Shown here: piece by piece, positions 39,566-48,507 of the stretch
How the letters are laid out: every line of letters starts with the position of its first letter
Position numbering within the stretch: position 1 is the first letter of the stretch
NCBI GenBank assembly: GCA_964005815.1
Contig: CAXFSR010000023.1
Span: 1-64,000, forward strand
Source of the DNA: an uncultured Nitrospinaceae bacterium
GTDB lineage: Bacteria > UBA8248
Direction of reading: 5' to 3'
DNA length: 64,000 nt
The notes under the pieces: model-generated
The model's input: the letters and a program-made list of their open reading frames with translations, nothing else
Told to the model about the DNA's origin: nothing
Database searches by the model: none
Program-made: the position numbers and the translations under genes

Positions 39566-40696
39566 TTGGAAATTAAACTTCAAAGAGATTTAATTTTTAA
39601 CGCCATCCAGTCTTTGCAAGGGGTTGTCGAAACAAAAACAACTTCCATGCCAATTTTACAAAACGTTTTAATTGAAACCTTGTCCGGAAAAAAAAGTATA
39701 TCTATCTCAGGAACCAACCTAGATATAAGCTTAAAAGGAAATATAGATGCAGAGGTCATTAAAACGGGCAAATTAACTCTAAATGCACGAAAATTATTCG
39801 ATATAATTAGAGAACTCGCTCCTGGTGCTATTGTTTCACTGGTCGAAGAAGAGAACCAGCGAGTTAAAATTGAAGGTGGAAATGCTAAGTTTAGCTTGCC
39901 ATCCTTGCCTTACTCTGACTTTCCAACAATGCCCGACAAAGCAGAAACTGAGCCACATAAGATTCCCTCAAAAAAACTTGCAGAAATGATTAAAAGGACT
40001 ATGTTTGCAATCTCACAAGACGAGACTCGTTATACGTATAATGGCGTTTTTATGGAATCAGAAAATCAAATTCTAAGGCTAGTCGCTACTGATGGTCATA
40101 GGTTAGCTTTAATAGAAAGAGAAGAAGAAGGTTTTCAATTGGCAAATGGGGTGATATTACACAAAAAGGGATTGGGAGAACTAACAAAGCTATTACAAGC
40201 AAACGAAGATAAAGAAGAAGAGGTTTCTGTATTTATTACCGAAAATCATGCGATTTTTGTGACAGCTAACAATGAACTTTCTGCACGCTTAATAGAAGGC
40301 GAATTTCCAAAATATCAGCAAGTAATACCTGATGGCCATCAACACAACGTTATCATTGACAGAAATGATTTACTTAGTGCTTTGAGAAGAGTTTCGCTTT
40401 TCTCAAGCGAAACCAGGTTAGTTAAATTTACCTTTAAAAAAGAAATCCTTAATCTTTCAACAAGTGGTTCAGAGTTTGGAGAGGCTGATGAAAGTGTAGA
40501 ATGCGATTTTAAAGGAAAAGAACTAACAATAGGTTTCAATTATAGGTATTGTACTGACGTTTTGAGTATTCTTACTGAGAAAAATATCGTTGTTGAAATA
40601 AAAGACGCATTAAGCCCTGGAGTTTTTAGACCATCAGGCGAAAATTCATCTAATGACGATAAGTATACATACGTCGTCATGCCTATGCGTGTTTAA
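39566..40696 (+). CDS. dnaN: DNA polymerase III beta sliding clamp
   Basis: PILQNV, ISQDETRY, VATDGHRLA, LIEGEFPKY, GFN, VVMPMRV. Confidence 0.96.
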   Translation: MEIKLQRDLIFNAIQSLQGVVETKTTSMPILQNVLIETLSGKKSISISGTNLDISLKGNIDAEVIKTGKLTLNARKLFDIIRELAPGAIVSLVEEENQRVKIEGGNAKFSLPSLPYSDFPTMPDKAETEPHKIPSKKLAEMIKRTMFAISQDETRYTYNGVFMESENQILRLVATDGHRLALIEREEEGFQLANGVILHKKGLGELTKLLQANEDKEEEVSVFITENHAIFVTANNELSARLIEGEFPKYQQVIPDGHQHNVIIDRNDLLSALRRVSLFSSETRLVKFTFKKEILNLSTSGSEFGEADESVECDFKGKELTIGFNYRYCTDVLSILTEKNIVVEIKDALSPGVFRPSGENSSNDDKYTYVVMPMRV

Positions 40697-40705
40697 CGTT
40701 GCTTT

Positions 40706-41284
40706 TTATTGCAAATCAGTTTTAGCATAATCCCAACCGGTATTAAAAGAGCTAACCTCCCCACTGATTTCGTCATACTTAAATCTTGGAATTTTAGCGA
40801 GATCTCCTCCATATACATGAATACCTACAACTGGCTCGTCTGAAGCACAACTAACACGGTGCAGATCTGTATCTTTTGTACAACAAACGAAAGTATCTCC
40901 CGGCTTGGCTAACCTATTTCCTGTAGGATTAATTGTGACTGTAGAACCATTTCTTCTTGTCCCTGTATTTGAAAAACTTTCTTCTTTTTCCATTCCTCTA
41001 TATATACCAATTACTCCCCAAGTCCCATGATCGTGAATTGGTGTAGTCTGTCCAACATCCCAAATTCCAACACCTATACTAAAACTTTCATCTGGCGCTA
41101 TATGTACTTGATTAAGGGTAAATCCATTTTTTTTTACAAGAAGTTGTTCTTCATTTAAAAGAAATGGATTTTCTAATATTGGATTCATAAAACTAGAAAT
41201 CTTTGAGGTCAATTCTAATTCGTCTTGCGTTTCATTCACCAAAACCTCTACTTCTTTGATGAATTCTTCCATAGTCTTATACAT
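40706..41284 (-). CDS. Cysteine/thiol dioxygenase-family cupin
   Basis: WDVGQTTPIHDHGTWG, HRV, IHVYGG (3-His cupin thiol dioxygenase pattern). Confidence 0.8.
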   Translation of the reverse strand: MYKTMEEFIKEVEVLVNETQDELELTSKISSFMNPILENPFLLNEEQLLVKKNGFTLNQVHIAPDESFSIGVGIWDVGQTTPIHDHGTWGVIGIYRGMEKEESFSNTGTRRNGSTVTINPTGNRLAKPGDTFVCCTKDTDLHRVSCASDEPVVGIHVYGGDLAKIPRFKYDEISGEVSSFNTGWDYAKTDLQ

Positions 41285-41825
41285 TTCGCCCCTCTTTAAT
41301 TACATTTCGTTCATGGTATAAAAGAAATTTTTTATTTTCAATTCCTCCGGCAAAACCTCCAAGTTCTCCAGAACTTGATATAATACGGTGTCAGGGAATA
41401 ACAATCAAAAAAGGGTTTCGCCTCATTACCTGTCCAACTGCACGATAAGATTTTTTTTTTGAACTTTTTTTAGCTAACCACGCATATGTTCGGGTCTCTC
41501 CATATGGAATTTTATTAGTCTCCTTCAAAATTTTATAAGTAAATTCACTACAATTTTCGTAATTAAGTGGAAGGGAAAACTTTTTTCGAGTTCCTTTAAA
41601 ATATTCATATAATTGGTGTCTAGCTCTATGTTCAATATCGGGAATATTTTGATTGTTTAAAGAAGGTTTCTTCTCTAACCGAATAGAATCTATTCCTTTG
41701 GGTGAAGTAGAAATTAAAATATTTTGCATGAAATTTTTTATCGAGAAATTGATTGTTTTAACTTTAATTGATTCACAAAATAGTCCTGAAACACCCAAAG
41801 AAAATTCCTGTTTGTTTTTTTTCAT
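41277..41825 (-). CDS. ogt: Methylated-DNA--protein-cysteine methyltransferase, selenocysteine form (PUHR; Sec145, TGA at 41391-41393)
   Basis: IPYGETRTY, RAVGQ, NPFLIVIP-[TGA]-HRIISSSGELGGFAGGIENKKFLLYHE. Readthrough restores the PCHR site and the LGGF/KxxLLxxE C-terminus; TAA at 41277-41279. Confidence 0.88.
41353..41390 (-). promoter_or_regulatory. SECIS-like hairpin of ogt
   Basis: UCAAGUUC-UGGA-GAACUUGG, loop starting 21 nt after UGA with G at loop position 2. Confidence 0.7.
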
Positions 41826-41827
41826 CT

Positions 41828-43051
41828 TTAAAATCTTGATACTAGATTTTCAAAATATGTTTTTCCTATTCTTAAACGTAGCAATTGGTTGGTTCCATCT
41901 GAATGTAAAAAGGTGCTTGCATCTCTTAAATATTTCTCCATTGGGGATGATTGCATAATTCCAGCACCACCAAATATCTCTACTCCTAGTCGTGCACACT
42001 CAAAAGCGGCTTCTGATGCAAAAATTTTACATTTCCAGCCTTGTGTATAGTCATAAGGCTTTTGATTGTCTACCGCCCAAGCCGTTTTTAAAATATAATT
42101 TCTTGCAATGTCCAAATTCATAGCCATGTCCGCTAACATCATTTCTATTGCTTGGTGTTTGCCTATAACCTTTCCACCCTGCACTCTTTCTTGGGCATGA
42201 GATAATGCATGTTCAAAAGCAGCCCTCCCAACACCCAAAGCAGTAGCAGCGGCCTCCGGTTTTCCCATTGAAAGAAGGTTTCCTCTTATTTCAAACATGC
42301 TTCCTTCGCCAAGAATAATATGATCCTCCGGGATCTCTACATTATTAAAAAAAATCTCCGAATTCATAGAAAGTCTTTGCCCAATTTTTTCATTAACCTC
42401 GCCAATAGAAATACCTTTCGTTTCTCTTGGAACAAGAAAACCCGAAAGACCCTCTCTTAAGTTTTTATTTTTATCTGTCCTAGCAGCAACAACATACAAA
42501 GATGCTACTGGACCATTGCTTATATATCGCTTTTGTCCATTAATGATCCATTTGCCATTTTTTTTGTGGGCAAATGTATTTAACGCAATAGATACATCAT
42601 CATAATATCCCTGATGATCGCTGCCACAATCAGGCTCGGTCATTGGGATAGCGGCTAAAAATCTTGGTTCTTCACATAATTTTTTAAGCCAAGGATCGCG
42701 AACATGGGGGTCAACCTTTTCTAAAATATGCGCAAGTTTCCATGTTTGATCTAAATTAACCGCAAAACCTAAATCCCCAACTGCTAATTCCTCTCCAGCG
42801 AGACAACAAGAAACAACGTCCCCATTTAAACCACCGTACTTTTCTGGATATGGGAGTTGCCTTAACCCAAGCTTGCTAGCTTTTTCTGTTAAATCCCAAG
42901 GCATTCTTTTTTCCCAATCCGAAATTTTATCTCGCTCTAATGCTACAGGAGCGATTTCTTCATATGAGAACTTTCGTGCGATGCTCTGAATATTTTTTTG
43001 TTTTTCCGTTAAATTAAAGTCCATACCCTCTATCCTTTGTGAATTTTTCAT
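41828..43051 (-). CDS. Acyl-CoA dehydrogenase family protein
   Basis: MDFNL, MTEPDCGSD, INGQKRYISNG, KIGQR, ERVQGGK.I..HQAI, GGAG, EKYLRDA; start may be ATG43024. Confidence 0.92.
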   Translation of the reverse strand: MKNSQRIEGMDFNLTEKQKNIQSIARKFSYEEIAPVALERDKISDWEKRMPWDLTEKASKLGLRQLPYPEKYGGLNGDVVSCCLAGEELAVGDLGFAVNLDQTWKLAHILEKVDPHVRDPWLKKLCEEPRFLAAIPMTEPDCGSDHQGYYDDVSIALNTFAHKKNGKWIINGQKRYISNGPVASLYVVAARTDKNKNLREGLSGFLVPRETKGISIGEVNEKIGQRLSMNSEIFFNNVEIPEDHIILGEGSMFEIRGNLLSMGKPEAAATALGVGRAAFEHALSHAQERVQGGKVIGKHQAIEMMLADMAMNLDIARNYILKTAWAVDNQKPYDYTQGWKCKIFASEAAFECARLGVEIFGGAGIMQSSPMEKYLRDASTFLHSDGTNQLLRLRIGKTYFENLVSRF

Positions 43052-43830
43052 TCCCCTCTAAAAACAGGTTTTCTTTTTTCTTTAAAAGCAAGGAGAGCTT
43101 CTTTGAAGTCTTTGGTAAAATTTAGGGGCTTTCTTTTTTCGTGAGAAATATCTAGTGCTTCTTTGTTTTTCATCCCTATAATTCGATCAATAACAAACTT
43201 AGCTCCTTGAACACCTAAAGGACCATTGTCTCGAATCTGTTCTGCCACTTTCATTACTTCTTCCATTAAAACATTTTTTTCAAATGAACGATTTGCCAAT
43301 CCGATTCTTTCAGCTTCTATGCCATCTATTGATTTGCTCGTATAAATAAGTTCTTTCGCAAGACCAATAGGGATTAGTCTCTGAAGGCGCACTACACCTC
43401 CACCACCCGGGAAAATACCCAACCTACATTCTGGGAGGCATAACGTAGCGTCGTTAGAAACAAATCTAAAATCACAGGCGAGAGTAATCTCAACTCCCCA
43501 ACCAAAAGCATGGCCATTAATAGCCGCTATCGTTGGCATTGGAAGTGATTCCCAAAGGCTGCTAGTGCTCATTGTGTTGTCTTGAAATAAATTCGCTTCC
43601 TCTTCGCTATGATTTGCGCTTTCTTTTAGATCTCTGCCCGTACTAAAGGAACGCCCGCTTCCAGTTAAAACAACAACTCGAATACTTTTATTTTTTGAAA
43701 GTTCCCTGGAAATCTCACAAAATTCTTCACTTAAATTCATCCCTATAGAATTTAGCCGCTCTGGTCTATTTAGGGTGACAATTCCGATTCCTTCTGTTTC
43801 TTCATAAATAATTTCTTTGTAGTTGCCCAA
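43048..43830 (-). CDS. Enoyl-CoA hydratase/isomerase
   Basis: LNRPERLN, FSTGRDL, PTIAAINGHAFGWGVE, PECRLG..PG, AFKEKRKPVF.G. Confidence 0.92.
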   Translation of the reverse strand: MGNYKEIIYEETEGIGIVTLNRPERLNSIGMNLSEEFCEISRELSKNKSIRVVVLTGSGRSFSTGRDLKESANHSEEEANLFQDNTMSTSSLWESLPMPTIAAINGHAFGWGVEITLACDFRFVSNDATLCLPECRLGIFPGGGGVVRLQRLIPIGLAKELIYTSKSIDGIEAERIGLANRSFEKNVLMEEVMKVAEQIRDNGPLGVQGAKFVIDRIIGMKNKEALDISHEKRKPLNFTKDFKEALLAFKEKRKPVFRGE

Positions 43831-43867
43831 AAATCTACCCTCTTTTCATTTTGATAAAATTTGCGAA

Positions 43868-44398
43868 CTATTTTACTATTTGCGTAACGATACGATCTAC
43901 ATAATTATAGGTAACTTTTTGCATCTCGTTTTTGCTTAAATTGCTAACTGGATGTGGAAGTTGTATAAACTCATGTCCTGGCATTCCTTTTCCGCGAAAC
44001 TGAAACTCTGCAGCCGGCTTAAAAGCTTCTGTAATTATTGTAGTCGCAGGAATTCCTCTTTTTTCAAACTGCACTGTGTCATGCACACTGCATAACGTGC
44101 AAGAACCTCAACCACCCAAGGCAGCAATTGCAACATCAACTTCTCTAGACATGTCCTCTATCATTTTATCAGGAGCAGGTTTTGAATAATGTTCTTTCCT
44201 GTTGATAATTACCTTGGCAACGTCAAATCTTTCTCTTAATTGCCTCCCCAAAGCTTCTAAAATAACATTCGCTTGTTCCTTGGTGTTGTCTATCATCCCA
44301 ATAATTTTTCCAGACAAATCCTCTGGTCTTTCTGCGAGTTTTATTTTTTTGCTACTAGTCGAGGCTGTTGGATCGATAAAATCATTTATATCTTTCAT
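43868..44398 (-). CDS. UGSC-family selenoprotein (Sec97, TGA at 44108-44110), 176 aa
   Basis: Two ORF-track fragments join in frame: ...DVAIAALGG-[TGA]-GSCTLCSVHDTVQFEKRGIPAT...LPHPVS; defining UGSC motif. Confidence 0.9.
44069..44107 (-). promoter_or_regulatory. SECIS-like hairpin of the UGSC gene
   Basis: UGCAC-GUUAUGCA-GUG-UGCAUGAC-ACA-GUGCA; loop G at +20 after UGA. Confidence 0.7.
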
Positions 44399-44479
44399 AC
44401 AGGCATACTCCTTTACAATAATTGGGAAATTAGATCATATAACCTGTCTTAAATTCTGTCTAGTTTTTGACTTTATATT

Positions 44480-45505
44480 TTAACTATCGATTTTTTCAGA
44501 AACGGCTCGGCTTGTACCATTCCAACCGTTCATGACAGCGGACATTGGACCGGGTATTCCTCCAGCAACAATAATAAACAATCTATCAGGGTTTTTTACA
44601 GAGGGAACAAAAAAATCATCGTCTTCTGGATCTGCATCAATAGACCAAGATTTTATTCGAGAGACTGTGTAGCGTCCAGTATTTCTAATCTCTGACATAG
44701 ATCTTCCAGCTTTATCTAATAAAATTTCTTTTACTTTTTCCTTAGAAAGTCCAGCATCTGAACAAATTTTTGCTTGTTGTGGAGAAAAAACAATTATTTG
44801 ATCTGTATCTCCGCAAATATTCATAGAACCAAGATGAGACATTGAATCAGCAATACTTCTTAATAAAGGAAGGGGTTCATTGCTCATATCATCCCATACC
44901 GTAATTGGGGCTTCTGCAGCAATTGCAGTGACTATATTTTCATCTTCGGAAAAACCAAGAGTGACAGAAAGTGGTTCCCAGGGACTTTCTGTTTCATTTT
45001 CTGCAATACAAAAAGTGTATCTTGAAGAGCTAGAAAAGGTGCTCATTGTTGAAATTCCAGGTATTCCTGAACCTAGGTTCATCATCATTAGTCGAATCGC
45101 TCTACCAATAGTTGCGTTTGCCCTAAATCCAGGTCCAAAACAACCAAGGCCACCATTTAAACCTATTTCTTTTGAGTAGACGCCGTTTACAAGCAAAAAT
45201 GGAGCTGCAGGGGAAAGGGTAGCCTGAAGACCATTTAAATTAAACTTTTCTTTTAAAATAGCACGTACTGAAGCAATTAGTAGATTCATATACTCTGGCT
45301 TACAACCAGCCATAACAGCATGTACTGCTATTGAATAGATAGATACGCTCGAAAATGCAGGTGGAAATTCGCCAACTAATTCTTCGGGAGAGTCTTTAAT
45401 AGAAGAAAGCATTCTGCTTACTTTTTCTTCTGTTGGTGGAATTACTGGCAATCCGTCAGACCACTCTTTTTCGAAGAAAAATTCAAATTCATCTGAGGGA
45501 CACAT
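44480..45505 (-). CDS. Conserved uncharacterised protein of the type found beside UGSC-family genes
   Basis: SDGLPVIPPTEEKV, AVMAGCKPEY, GPGFRANATIGRAIRL, AENE..SPW. Confidence 0.8.
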   Translation of the reverse strand: MCPSDEFEFFFEKEWSDGLPVIPPTEEKVSRMLSSIKDSPEELVGEFPPAFSSVSIYSIAVHAVMAGCKPEYMNLLIASVRAILKEKFNLNGLQATLSPAAPFLLVNGVYSKEIGLNGGLGCFGPGFRANATIGRAIRLMMMNLGSGIPGISTMSTFSSSSRYTFCIAENETESPWEPLSVTLGFSEDENIVTAIAAEAPITVWDDMSNEPLPLLRSIADSMSHLGSMNICGDTDQIIVFSPQQAKICSDAGLSKEKVKEILLDKAGRSMSEIRNTGRYTVSRIKSWSIDADPEDDDFFVPSVKNPDRLFIIVAGGIPGPMSAVMNGWNGTSRAVSEKIDS

Positions 45506-45531
45506 AAAAATATCTTTTAGAGTAAGTTTAA

Positions 45532-45759
45532 CTATCTTTTTCTAATCAGGATCCAAGAAAGTATGGTTAAGGTGAACAAACCAACAAGATTATTCTTTCC
45601 GATAACTTTCAAAACCTGTTCTAGATTTCCTACAACATCTAAACCAATAAACGAAAAATCTCTACCAAAAATAATTTGCAAAACAATTGCAATTGAAGCA
45701 ACAAGAACACTAAGTTCTAAAACATCTCTTAAGTATCTTTTTAATTGGTTCAGTAACAT
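45532..45759 (-). CDS. 75-aa membrane protein, paralog B
   Basis: AAGGAG SD; IAIVLQIIFG..FIGLDVVGN..LVGL; aligns without gaps to 45897..46124. Confidence 0.8.
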   Translation of the reverse strand: MLLNQLKRYLRDVLELSVLVASIAIVLQIIFGRDFSFIGLDVVGNLEQVLKVIGKNNLVGLFTLTILSWILIRKR

Positions 45760-45840
45760 TTGAATCTCCTTACATCAATTCAAACGAAAAATTATAAACT
45801 TCCTTAAATAAGTAACTTATGTCAATAAATATACTACAAC

Positions 45841-45874
45841 AAAAATCCCCGCCACAAAAACCTGCGACGGGGAT
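45841..45874 (-). terminator. Intrinsic terminator after paralog A
   Basis: Minus strand ATCCCCGTCGCA-loop-TGTGGCGGGGAT (12 bp including G:U) followed by TTTT. Confidence 0.85.
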
Positions 45875-45896
45875 CTTCTTATTCTGACCTATAAAC

Positions 45897-46124
45897 CTAG
45901 TTTCTGCTTCTTACTAACCATATTAAAGTACCTAATGTTACTAATCCAACTAAACCTGCATTTCCTAAATCACCTACAATTTTTGTAATATTACCTATTG
46001 CATCGGCTCCAATGAATGCGACTTGTTTCCCAAAAACAAGCTGTAAAGCTATTGCTAGACCTGTGAGACCTAGTGCCACATCCACAAGATCCTTAATCCA
46101 ACCTTTCACTCGATCCATCATCAT
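45897..46124 (-). CDS. 75-aa membrane protein, paralog A
   Basis: Strong AAGGAGG SD; LAIALQLVFG..FIGADAIGNIT..LGNAGLVGL; own terminator. Confidence 0.85.
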   Translation of the reverse strand: MMMDRVKGWIKDLVDVALGLTGLAIALQLVFGKQVAFIGADAIGNITKIVGDLGNAGLVGLVTLGTLIWLVRSRN

Positions 46125-46395
46125 TCAAACTCCTCCTTCATGTACGGGCGATATATACAACTACGTTTCCGTTAATAAGGGCGAAAAATTAAAATTTATC
46201 TTGGGGATAAAAACTACTTAGGACAATCTGAGCGGGTTAAACAATACTTAACTTACTTATAACTCTATTATAAAAATGATTTTTTACTCTTGCGCAAGTA
46301 AAATATTTAAAAAACTTTCACTATTTGCATTATTGGCTGATTTTTAACGTAATTTTCACAGAATTCTAAAGAATAAAAGCTACAATTTATGCTTT

Positions 46396-46851
46396 TTATA
46401 GAGAATTGAAGACTTCTTTTGCGTGACCCTTCACTTTCACATTTTCAAAAACTTTTTCGATAATACCAATATCATTAATTATATAAGTCGTTCTAAATAC
46501 GCTTTTAAATTTTCTTCCATACATACTCTTTTCACCATAAACACCGTATTTTGTTGAAACTAAGGCATCTGGATCGGCTAATAAGTGAAAATTTAATTCA
46601 AGCTTTTCGCTGAATTGTTTGTGGCTAACTTCATTGTCTGGGCTTATTCCAAAAACAACCGCTCCCTTTTTTTCAATTTTTTTTGAAATTTTATTAAACT
46701 CTTGCGCTTCTACCGTACAGCCAGGCGTATTGTCTTTTGGGTAGAAATATAAGACTACTTTTCTCCCTTTATACCTTGAAAGCCTGTGAATTTTCCCGTA
46801 CTGATCCCTAAGAGTAAATGCGGGAGCCTTACTTTTTAATTTTAACACCAA
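46396..46851 (-). CDS. bcp: Peroxiredoxin Bcp/PrxQ
   Basis: VLYFYPKDNTPGCTVEA, GISPD, LLAD, RTTYII, VKVKGH. Confidence 0.95.
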   Translation of the reverse strand: MVLKLKSKAPAFTLRDQYGKIHRLSRYKGRKVVLYFYPKDNTPGCTVEAQEFNKISKKIEKKGAVVFGISPDNEVSHKQFSEKLELNFHLLADPDALVSTKYGVYGEKSMYGRKFKSVFRTTYIINDIGIIEKVFENVKVKGHAKEVFNSL

Positions 46852-46942
46852 GGAATTTCTCCTTAAAGTTCAATCATTTATACTCTAAAGAGAGGCTAAC
46901 ACGAAGAAATTCTTTGTTCAAGAACATAAACTTCGAAATTGA

Positions 46943-47821
46943 TTAATTCCCCCAATCTCTAGAATAACGAAAATCTCTATCTATAGTGCGCGGACCAATT
47001 TTTGCTATTAGAGGAAGCCTTCTTTTGTACTGGCTAACCATTATTAATCTCGAGATGCCTTTCACTAAATTTTCATCAAATCCATCATCGATCACATCCT
47101 GGACAGAAAATCTACAATCAACAAGCATATACAAAACGGCATCTGCTTCTTCGTATGTATATCCAAGTTCTTGCTCGTCTGTTTGGCCTGCCCATAAATC
47201 AGCGCTTGGAGCCTTTTCAACCACCTGAGAAGGAACTCCTAAATATCTAGACAATTGTCGAACTTGCGTCTTAAATAGGTCTCCTAATGGATTTAAAGCA
47301 CTGGCCATATCTCCAAAAAGAGTTCCATAGCCCAATAATAGTTCAGTTTTATTAGAAGTACCGACAACAAGGGCATTTAGCATAGCGGAGTGATCGTATA
47401 ATATAGTCATTCTTTCACGAGCCATTTTATTTCCTTTTCTAAGCTCGCTGGCATCTTTATATAGCTCAAAATACGCGTCAATCTGTTTAGATATATCAAC
47501 TACCTTAATTTTAATTCCACAAGCTTTCGCTACAGCTCTGGCATCTTCTTCGCTTTTAGGACTGGAAAGCCTGTATGGCATAATAACACCCGTCACGTTT
47601 TCTGGGCCCATTGCACTCGCAGCTAAAAAAGCAGACAACGAACTATCAATACCACCGGACAACCCCAGAACAGATTTTTTTATACCAACTTTAGAGATTT
47701 CGTCTCTCAAAAAACCTACTAACATTTTAACCGTTTCCTGCTCGTTAAGCTTTAACTTGTTTAAGGTTTCAGTAAACATTATCGATTCCAATTTAAATTT
47801 ATTTGCCATAGAAACAACCAT
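46943..47821 (-). CDS. nadE: NAD+ synthetase (synthetase-only subunit)
   Basis: [27 protein letters not shown]...[21 protein letters not shown]. Confidence 0.95.
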   Translation of the reverse strand: MVVSMANKFKLESIMFTETLNKLKLNEQETVKMLVGFLRDEISKVGIKKSVLGLSGGIDSSLSAFLAASAMGPENVTGVIMPYRLSSPKSEEDARAVAKACGIKIKVVDISKQIDAYFELYKDASELRKGNKMARERMTILYDHSAMLNALVVGTSNKTELLLGYGTLFGDMASALNPLGDLFKTQVRQLSRYLGVPSQVVEKAPSADLWAGQTDEQELGYTYEEADAVLYMLVDCRFSVQDVIDDGFDENLVKGISRLIMVSQYKRRLPLIAKIGPRTIDRDFRYSRDWGN

Positions 47822-47928
47822 TTACTATGTTACTTGACCTAAATATAAAGATAAAGTTAACTTTCTCGTATAAAAATATTCAAGAAAGCGCGATAAAGAT
47901 TTTAGACACTCATTAAAGGGTATACCCG

Positions 47929-48507
47929 ATGCCTCCTGAATTTAAAAAGCTACAACATTTAGCATTGAAAGTTAGAAATATTCAAAACTCTCTGAAGTTT
48001 TATTGTGATATTTTAGGATTTAAGACTACAGAAAGTTATAGACTCGACACAGAAAAGGGCTATCAAGATTCTATTAATTTTATCACTTGTTCTAATAAAC
48101 ATCATGTGATTAACCTAGTGCAAATATCTGAAAGTCACAAACCAAAAGATATTGAGCCCCCATCTAATTCTAGAGACACACATGTTTATGGTCTTCATCA
48201 TTTTGCATTTGAAGTAAAAAATAAAACTGAATTTAAAAAATGGGAAGTACACCTAACAGAAAACAAAATTAAGATAGTAAAGGGGCCTTTAGTTCATAGC
48301 CCAACTCATCCAGAAGGTGACGGTTCTTGGGGTGAAAATAGAGCACTTTATTTTTGCGATCCTGACGGAAATGCTATAGAAATTTTCTGTGATATGGCAA
48401 ATATCAACTTTGCTACTCACGAAATTGACGATCTTTGGTTTAGGCAAAGAATTAAAAAAGATGGTTTCGATCCTCTTGAGATTTTAAAACCAGATTTGAA
48501 CATTTAG
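47929..48507 (+). CDS. VOC/glyoxalase-family protein
   Basis: HLALKV, FYCDILG, GLHHFAFEV, LYFCDPDGNAIE. Confidence 0.88.
   Translation: MPPEFKKLQHLALKVRNIQNSLKFYCDILGFKTTESYRLDTEKGYQDSINFITCSNKHHVINLVQISESHKPKDIEPPSNSRDTHVYGLHHFAFEVKNKTEFKKWEVHLTENKIKIVKGPLVHSPTHPEGDGSWGENRALYFCDPDGNAIEIFCDMANINFATHEIDDLWFRQRIKKDGFDPLEILKPDLNI

Noticed and set aside
45791..45825. TTGACA and TATAAT upstream of paralog B as a sigma-70 promoter
   Set aside because: Spacer is 23 bp, too long; the ATAAGT-A-ACTTAT dyad there could be chance in AT-rich DNA
46396..46851. Bcp as a fourth selenoprotein
   Set aside because: Its peroxidatic residue is an ordinary Cys codon (TPGC) in an uninterrupted ORF
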